A DNA stretch of 54,642 nt from a virus (lineage: Duplodnaviria > Caudoviricetes). Numbering within the stretch: position 1 is the stretch's first letter; every line of letters starts with the position of its first letter. Positions 49,064 to 54,642 of the stretch are shown here, one piece after another. A program made the translations under genes and the position numbers. The DNA is taken from the IMG/VR virus record IMGVR_UViG_3300048881_000467, positions 1 through 54,642 of that record, one strand, 5' to 3'. The notes below the pieces were generated by a model. It ran no database searches. It worked only from the letters and a program-made list of their open reading frames with translations, and was not told where the DNA came from.

Positions 49064-49675
49064 CTATGGATAAGATTTATAACAATTGCAAACATCGAAG
49101 CTAAACATTAAACCGGGTGTACCGGGGTTGCCAGTATCCGGCGCTAGCCAGCTCAGAGTAATGTCGCTCCCATTAGGCGTAATGTTGATCGCCCCACTAT
49201 CATCGCTCATAATGGTTCCTAGTAGGTAGTCCGATTCAAGAGAGATATAAAAAACGAGTGTTCTAAGATAAGTTCCACCAGCAGCCGGATCGATGGCGGG
49301 AACATTGACACCTGGAAAAACTGAAGCTACGTCCGATTCGAGCCACGCTGTACCCCAGGAGTACGCATCACCGTAGGCATAAGAATACGCGATGACCGAT
49401 GTGTTATAAGAAAAGGTGGATGCGATGTCAGGTGAACCTCCACTTTGCTCAAAGCCTTCATAATAGTCATCACTGTTACCACCAGCGAGGCCGATGTTTG
49501 TTTTTACTTCTGCCCAAGTTTCTTCGGTACTGCTTGGTTGATATATATCAGTTACCCATGCACATTTTATGTTACCGAGGGTGAAGGCATTCGTAATATC
49601 AATGGTCCCATTTAATATGTTATGCACAGCTTTTGGATAAAGCCCATTACAGCTCCAAGTCCAGTTTATAGACAT
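49064..49675 (-). CDS. Putative virion structural protein
   Basis: AAGGAG RBS; beta-rich; C-terminal ITPNGSDITLSW. Confidence 0.55.
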   Translation of the reverse strand: MSINWTWSCNGLYPKAVHNILNGTIDITNAFTLGNIKCAWVTDIYQPSSTEETWAEVKTNIGLAGGNSDDYYEGFEQSGGSPDIASTFSYNTSVIAYSYAYGDAYSWGTAWLESDVASVFPGVNVPAIDPAAGGTYLRTLVFYISLESDYLLGTIMSDDSGAINITPNGSDITLSWLAPDTGNPGTPGLMFSFDVCNCYKSYP

Positions 49676-49753
49676 TTTTGCTCTCCTTTATAATAGTTCA
49701 TAGTCTTATGTTATCTAAATAGTCGGACACACAACTTAAGGTATTCGGTTATT

Positions 49754-50191
49754 TTAACCCGTTATTACTGGACCTTGTTTTGGTATGTTAATTCCTTGTC
49801 CATAGCCAGCAACAATCAATATGGCCCCGCCCGTTATTGCTGGTCCTTGTTTTGGTATGTTAATTCCTTGTCCATAGCCAGCAGTCACTAATATTGATCC
49901 ACCACCTACTTCGGGCCCTTGTTTTGGTATGTTAATTCCTTGTCCATAGCCAGGGGTAATATTGATCGGCAAACCAGGGGGTCCAGGCGCAGGTCCAGCA
50001 CAATCTGACTGTTTTGGGTATGACGGAACTTGACCGCTTCCAAAAACAATATATGGAATACAACCCCCACGCAATCCAATTCTTCCGTTTGCTGCCAAAG
50101 AAAAGGGTGCTCTGGTTGCGCCATTTTTGAATGTTCGTTGTTCTATGGAACTTGAAAGTGAGGTTATTGTATAGTCGGATGAATAGGACAT
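49754..50191 (-). CDS. Gly/Pro-rich protein with three GYGQGINIPKQGP repeats
   Basis: ORF with a 24-codon periodic C-terminus. Confidence 0.65.
   Translation of the reverse strand: MSYSSDYTITSLSSSIEQRTFKNGATRAPFSLAANGRIGLRGGCIPYIVFGSGQVPSYPKQSDCAGPAPGPPGLPINITPGYGQGINIPKQGPEVGGGSILVTAGYGQGINIPKQGPAITGGAILIVAGYGQGINIPKQGPVITG
49773..49953. repeat. Three identical 37-bp direct repeats, 72-bp period
   Basis: ccttgttttggtatgttaattccttgtccatagccag at 49773, 49845, 49917. Confidence 0.95.
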
Positions 50192-50212
50192 ATACAATAA
50201 GTAGTGAGAAGA

Positions 50213-50524
50213 TTATTCCTTTACGTTTCTAAAAGCACAGTGAATTCCGCGAAATGCTTTGCGATCAATTTTCAATTGGACTCCTCGCGTATCTAAAAAG
50301 CTATAATCAATAATGGCGTTACCACAACGATCAATAATCTTAGCTGCGTCGGCTTTTGTACTATAAACAAAAACAAATCCTTCTTTCTTGTCTGCATTTG
50401 CATCAATGATGTGAGATTCACCCTCTGGGCCACCACCCTTTCCCTTAAAGTGCTTTGCTATCTCTTTTAGAGTTGGTCTTTCGCTCGAAAGGGTGCCCCA
50501 TACTTCTTTTTTTTCTTTTGACAT
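50213..50524 (-). CDS. Hypothetical protein
   Basis: AGGAG RBS; 103 aa. Confidence 0.7.
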   Translation of the reverse strand: MSKEKKEVWGTLSSERPTLKEIAKHFKGKGGGPEGESHIIDANADKKEGFVFVYSTKADAAKIIDRCGNAIIDYSFLDTRGVQLKIDRKAFRGIHCAFRNVKE

Positions 50525-50534
50525 GTTTATTCTC

Positions 50535-51107
50535 CTAAAATTTCTTAATTAGTGCTTCAAGTGCGTAAGCTGTAGCTACCGCATCACCTAAAGCTGTATG
50601 ACGGTCTTTTTCTTCGATCTCAACACCCGCAGCTTTGAATAAAACATCACCGGAGGCTCTATGACCTTCCACTTTACCGGAAAGCATCAAAAATTCCAAA
50701 ATAGAGCAAGTATCCATCGCTCTATCGCGAAAATCGTTGCTATATTCTTTTTCTAGGCCCGCATGACGATAAAGTCGCTTTGTAAACGCAATATCAAACG
50801 CAACATTGTGACCAACAAGCTGAATTGCTTTTCTATCGCTTCCAAGTCTCTCATTTAGAGCATTTTGAATCTTTTTTACAACGATATAGGGCTCATCAGC
50901 CAAATGCACTTCATTCATATTAATTTTATTAACTTTTAGTGCTGCTTCTTCAACATTAATGAAGTGTTCTTTGACATACAGGTCAAAAACAGGTTCAACC
51001 GTCTTTCCTGGTTCCCATAAGACACCCGCGATGCTTAAAATACTGTTTTTTTCTGGATCTAGACCACCTGTTTCGGTATCTATCACCAAATATTTTTTAT
51101 TTTTCAT
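50535..51107 (-). CDS. DEDDh 3'-5' exonuclease (DnaQ-like)
   Basis: IDTETGG, GHNVAFD, DT, HTALGDA. Confidence 0.9.
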   Translation of the reverse strand: MKNKKYLVIDTETGGLDPEKNSILSIAGVLWEPGKTVEPVFDLYVKEHFINVEEAALKVNKINMNEVHLADEPYIVVKKIQNALNERLGSDRKAIQLVGHNVAFDIAFTKRLYRHAGLEKEYSNDFRDRAMDTCSILEFLMLSGKVEGHRASGDVLFKAAGVEIEEKDRHTALGDAVATAYALEALIKKF

Positions 51108-51119
51108 ACCTCTATGGTA

Positions 51120-52502
51120 TCACACTAAAACGACTTGATCAATACTTTTTTCCTCTATCTTTTTATTAACAATTAGGGTTTCTATGCTTGAGCACCTAGC
51201 CTTACAGATCTCAAAGCTATCAGCCTCCAATTCGACCCCCACAAAGCCGAAATCGTCTTCTAATGCTGCTTGTCCGGTTGTACCACTCCCCATAAAAGGG
51301 TCCAGCACAACGCCACCAGGAGGCGTGACAAGATTTATTAAGTATTTCATTAATTTAAGAGATTTCACAGTAGGGTGTTTATTCTCAATTGTTTTGTTTA
51401 ATGTTTTCTCTTTTTTTGAAGCTTTAGCACAATAAAAGAACCTTGAAGCACCACCTTCATCGCCAAATCTTACTCCATTCCCCTCATGGTTGCCAACACC
51501 CATTAAGCCGCCTTCGCCAGATTGTTTTGACTCACCACTTTTCCTTTTTTTGCCCGCAGAGTGCATCCCACCGGCTAAACTTTGTTCGTCTATTTCTTTT
51601 ATGGCACAATCTTCTTCACAATCCCATTCAACCTGTTTAAAGTACCGTGAAGCTCCACCACTATCGGCATAGTGAGTTTGTTCAGTTGCTTCACCCTTAT
51701 ACGAACCAAAAGTATCATCGCCGGTCTTGCCTTTAATCTTACCTTTCATTTCCCCGCTTGTTAACACACCTGTTTGGTTATCTAAGGTTTTAATAGCGCA
51801 ATCGTCATCGCAATCCCATACCGCTATTGTTTCTGGTCCTTGATCTTCAACTTCATAAGGATGGCCCGCGCCATCACCAAAAGGCTTTGCTCCATCGGTA
51901 AATCTATTAATTGTATAACCTTTTCCTTCTTTGGTTCCAACTTGTTTACAGCCTGGTTTATGAGATAGAATAAGATTAGCAGGAAAACGACCTTGGTTCT
52001 CGCCAGCTTTTATTCTACTTTCATCAATATTGATTCCGCCTGTCCCGTGCTCTAAAATATTATTAACGATAGTTTTTTCTGATAAAGGTTTTCTTGCTAA
52101 AATCCAATGTTCGCTGGCTGGCTTTAAAGCTGTTCCCCATCCTTCAAACTCTTTTATTTTTTTGCCGATATTATGAGACTTGGGAAACCCACTTCCAAAG
52201 ATATGTGTAACAACATCCCTGATTTCAAAGTCTGCATTTTCAATAGCAGTAGCAGTCCAATGACTTGTTCTGGGGATAGCCCAAACTAAAATATGTGCTC
52301 CCGGCTTGAGAGTACGGAAGGCTTCGGTCATAATAGATTCTAACCAAGCAATCCATAACTTGCGCCCACCCTTATCTTTGTCCCATTTTTTACCCATAAA
52401 CGCAATACCTGCGGGCGGGTCAGTTACCATCGAGTCGAAAGAGTTGTCCGGTAATTTCTTTAGAATGTCCAAAGAATCTCCATTTATAAGTGCGTTTTTC
52501 AT
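51120..52502 (-). CDS. DNA amino-methyltransferase (N6-A/N4-C, beta order)
   Basis: TDPPAG, HPTVKS, LDPFMGSGTT. Confidence 0.9.
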   Translation of the reverse strand: MKNALINGDSLDILKKLPDNSFDSMVTDPPAGIAFMGKKWDKDKGGRKLWIAWLESIMTEAFRTLKPGAHILVWAIPRTSHWTATAIENADFEIRDVVTHIFGSGFPKSHNIGKKIKEFEGWGTALKPASEHWILARKPLSEKTIVNNILEHGTGGINIDESRIKAGENQGRFPANLILSHKPGCKQVGTKEGKGYTINRFTDGAKPFGDGAGHPYEVEDQGPETIAVWDCDDDCAIKTLDNQTGVLTSGEMKGKIKGKTGDDTFGSYKGEATEQTHYADSGGASRYFKQVEWDCEEDCAIKEIDEQSLAGGMHSAGKKRKSGESKQSGEGGLMGVGNHEGNGVRFGDEGGASRFFYCAKASKKEKTLNKTIENKHPTVKSLKLMKYLINLVTPPGGVVLDPFMGSGTTGQAALEDDFGFVGVELEADSFEICKARCSSIETLIVNKKIEEKSIDQVVLV

Positions 52503-52539
52503 AAGAGTATATTAACACACTTTAACTCAAAAAGTAAGC

Positions 52540-52563
52540 AAAAAAAAGGGGGCTATTGCCCCC
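52540..52563 (-). terminator. Rho-independent terminator
   Basis: GGGGGC-AATA-GCCCCC followed by T8 on minus strand. Confidence 0.85.
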
Positions 52564-52594
52564 AAAAAAATTTATTTTTTTTACCTAATTTTTA

Positions 52595-53215
52595 TTATAG
52601 TGAAACGCCAAGGCCAAGACCGACAACATGTCCACTATTGGCAAAGTCGGTTCCTGCTGTATCTAGCATATAGAACGCATTTACACTAAAGGTGTTGTTG
52701 ATTCCGCGAGTAACACCCACTGAGGCACGGTTGCCCGTAATACCGCTAGAATCTACAAACAATTCTTCGGTAATCCACGGAGTCACCCCTGAAACATCAG
52801 TGCTAGCAGTTAGATCAGTACGACCACGAACAGTATCAAAATCACGTAGCTCTATTTTAGTAGAGCTATCTAGTGAAATATTCCCCCGCAACAAAGACAA
52901 GCCAACTCCAACATAGGGTCGGTGCTCGCCGCTGCTTGTATTCAGGTAGCCCGCGCTAACTCCCACAAAGCTATTTACTTTAATTCCCAAACTTAGATCG
53001 GTACGTTGATTCGCTAAACTAGGATCTGTGATATCACTAAACCTCAATTCTTCTTCAACGTTCAATGTAACATTTTCCGTTACAGTACCGGAAACACTAA
53101 GCGTGGTCCATACGGAGGTATCTGCTGCCAAAGCCGCATTACCAATCAACAACATAGTACCCATAACAAGGGCACCAAGTCCAATTTTTTGTATCATTTT
53201 TTTGTTATTCTTCAT
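52595..53215 (-). CDS. Outer-membrane beta-barrel protein (DUF2490-like)
   Basis: Signal peptide ending ALA-A; alternating beta strands; EEELRF; C-terminal strand VVGLGLGVSL. Confidence 0.7.
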   Translation of the reverse strand: MKNNKKMIQKIGLGALVMGTMLLIGNAALAADTSVWTTLSVSGTVTENVTLNVEEELRFSDITDPSLANQRTDLSLGIKVNSFVGVSAGYLNTSSGEHRPYVGVGLSLLRGNISLDSSTKIELRDFDTVRGRTDLTASTDVSGVTPWITEELFVDSSGITGNRASVGVTRGINNTFSVNAFYMLDTAGTDFANSGHVVGLGLGVSL

Positions 53216-53226
53216 TCTAATTCTCC

Positions 53227-53313
53227 TTATAACAAAAAGGCTAACATTAGCCCGCTAGTTGCAACCAAGGTTGCTAGACCGATATAATCAGTCAAATTTA
53301 ATCTTCTAGACAA
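53227..53313 (-). CDS. 28-aa single-TM peptide MSRRLNLTDYIGLATLVATSGLMLAFLL
   Basis: GAGGAG RBS, TTG start; stop abuts the next RBS. Confidence 0.55.
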   Translation of the reverse strand: MSRRLNLTDYIGLATLVATSGLMLAFLL

Positions 53314-53328
53314 TTCATTCTCCTCTTA

Positions 53329-53406
53329 TTACTTCTTGGAGCGCAGATAAAGAAATGCGCCAGCCAAAGCTACAACGGCCACAAGACCGATTACTTCAAA
53401 ACTCAT
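53329..53406 (-). CDS. 25-aa single-TM peptide MSFEVIGLVAVVALAGAFLYLRSKK
   Basis: AAGGAGG RBS, ATG, tandem TAA TAA. Confidence 0.7.
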   Translation of the reverse strand: MSFEVIGLVAVVALAGAFLYLRSKK

Positions 53407-53426
53407 TGGTATCCTCCTTTTTAAAT

Positions 53427-53726
53427 TTATTTTACAATGCTCACAGAGGGACTTGAACCCCCATGCCCGTTACAGGCAAAAGATTTTAAATCTTCCGTGT
53501 CTACCTGTTTCACCATGCGAGCTTTTTTACAATATTCTTTTCTACACGGGGAATTACATTGAGCGAAACACTTGCCAAATTCATAATAGTGTTCAATAGT
53601 TCTCTCACAAATGGAAGCACAATCAGAAGCACAATCAAAAAACCTCTCATCACAGTGAGTCGGTTTCGGCACAGGGTTACATTCAAAAGCACCAAACGCC
53701 AACACTATTGCAATAATGTTTTTCAT
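53427..53726 (-). CDS. Cys-rich exported peptide whose frame reads through tRNA-Leu
   Basis: MKN + hydrophobic leader, 9 Cys in the first 68 aa; ATG positioned as a leaderless start. Confidence 0.55.
   Translation of the reverse strand: MKNIIAIVLAFGAFECNPVPKPTHCDERFFDCASDCASICERTIEHYYEFGKCFAQCNSPCRKEYCKKARMVKQVDTEDLKSFACNGHGGSSPSVSIVK
53438..53522 (-). tRNA. tRNA-Leu(TAA), long variable arm, no encoded CCA
   Basis: Acceptor GCTCGCA/TGTGAGC-A; anticodon arm GAAGA-TTTAAAA-TCTTT; variable arm GCCTGTAACGGGC; GGTTCAAGTCC. Confidence 0.93.
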
Positions 53727-53732
53727 AATAAC

Positions 53733-53761
53733 AGTATAGAGAAAGGGATTTCAGGTGTCAA
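53733..53761 (-). promoter_or_regulatory. Sigma70-type promoter, probable leaderless transcript
   Basis: TTGACA-17-TATACT, 6 nt before ATG 53726. Confidence 0.75.
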
Positions 53762-53776
53762 GAAAAAAGAATTGAT

Positions 53777-54642
53777 TTAAAATTGTTCTTCTTCAGTTGA
53801 ATTTTTTAATGCTAAAGTAGAGGATTTACCCCCGGTTATCGTCTGAGAAATCTTATCAAAATAGCCAGTCCCAACTTCTCTCTGGTGTTTGACTGCTGTA
53901 AATCCATTAATTATTTGATCAAATTCTTTTTGTTGAAGTTCGGAATAGGCTGTCATTCCTAGTTCTTTATAATTTTTGGCTAACGTAAACATACTATAGT
54001 TTAATGCGTGAAAGCCGGCCAACGTTACAAATTGAAATTTATAACCCATTTTTTCTAAGGAATTTTGAAACATACCAATCGTATATGCGTCTAAATGCTT
54101 CCCCCAGTTAAAAGATGGGGAACAATTATAAGCTAGTAATTTTCCTGGGTACTTAGAATGAATTGCGTCGGCAAACTTCTGGGCTTCTTCTAAAGAAGGG
54201 GTTGAAGTTTCGAGCCACAACAAATCAGCATAAGGGGCATATGATAATCCCCTTGCGATTCCCATATCTAGACCACCACTAATTTTATAGAAGCCTTCGC
54301 CTGTTCTTTCCCCTGTCATAAACTGGTGATCGCGCTCATCTATGTCTGAAGTAATCAGCCTTGCGCTATTTGCATCCGTTCGTGCAATTATAATAGTTGG
54401 AACATCACAAACATCGGCGGCTAATCGTGCGGCTGTTAGAGTACGAATAAATTGACTTGTAGGCACAAGAACTTTACCTCCCATGTGTCCACATTTTTTT
54501 TCAGATGCTAATTGGTCTTCAAAATGCACTCCTGCGGCACCGGCTTCAATCATGGACTTCATAAGTTCATAAGCATTGAGCGGGCCGCCAAAACCTGCTT
54601 CTGCGTCCGCAACAATGGGAGCATAATAATCTATCTTTCTGT
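53777..54642 (-). CDS. aceA: Isocitrate lyase (5' end outside the window)
   Basis: [48 protein letters not shown]. Confidence 0.97.
   Translation of the reverse strand, partial: RKIDYYAPIVADAEAGFGGPLNAYELMKSMIEAGAAGVHFEDQLASEKKCGHMGGKVLVPTSQFIRTLTAARLAADVCDVPTIIIARTDANSARLITSDIDERDHQFMTGERTGEGFYKISGGLDMGIARGLSYAPYADLLWLETSTPSLEEAQKFADAIHSKYPGKLLAYNCSPSFNWGKHLDAYTIGMFQNSLEKMGYKFQFVTLAGFHALNYSMFTLAKNYKELGMTAYSELQQKEFDQIINGFTAVKHQREVGTGYFDKISQTITGGKSSTLALKNSTEEEQF

Noticed and set aside
49773-49953. CRISPR mini-array
   Set aside because: The period is exactly 24 codons in an open frame, the spacers resemble each other and the flank, the repeat has no hairpin or typical terminus, and there is no cas operon. 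Kept only as a coding repeat.
1-54642. Stop-codon reassignment
   Set aside because: Genes are full-length and densely packed under the standard code; TAA, TAG and TGA all end genes; no suppressor tRNA.
1-54642. Bacterial capsule locus with T6SS/eCIS, or a eukaryotic giant virus
   Set aside because: gp55-like sigma, T4-like baseplate genes, CCA-less tRNAs, single-strand gene packing, SD sites and sigma70 promoters fit a large bacteriophage better.

Overview
This 54.6 kb window looks like part of a large tailed-phage (T4-like or jumbo myovirus) genome. It is AT-rich, uses the standard code, and is gene-dense, with almost every real gene on the minus strand. In window order it holds: (1) 1-16450, a baseplate/tail module (a window-truncated >1127-aa LamG/baseplate protein missed by the ORF track, gp6-like wedge, gp25-like, a 2150-aa protein, a spike-like protein, and a muramidase + M15-peptidase hub lysin); (2) a gp55-like late sigma factor and small ORFs; (3) an ~18.5 kb glycan-synthesis and decoration island (rmlBCD, RgpF-like pair, GT2/GT4s, sulfotransferases with an APS kinase, pyruvyl- and methyltransferases), with outliers at 41-44 kb; (4) a Cas4-like nuclease, PIN-PhoH, proteases, an exonuclease, a DNA methylase, tRNA-Gly, tRNA-Leu, an outer-membrane beta-barrel and isocitrate lyase. 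The most striking feature is a structurally complete one-piece tmRNA (40583-41061, minus; tag ANDNVALTLAA). Its pk3/pk4 region is replaced by a ribosome-binding site and a 69-aa protein-coding gene, all enclosed by the tmRNA helix 2. Separately, the tRNA-Leu lies wholly inside the 3' end of a Cys-rich ORF. All protein calls come from motif recognition only; no searches were run.
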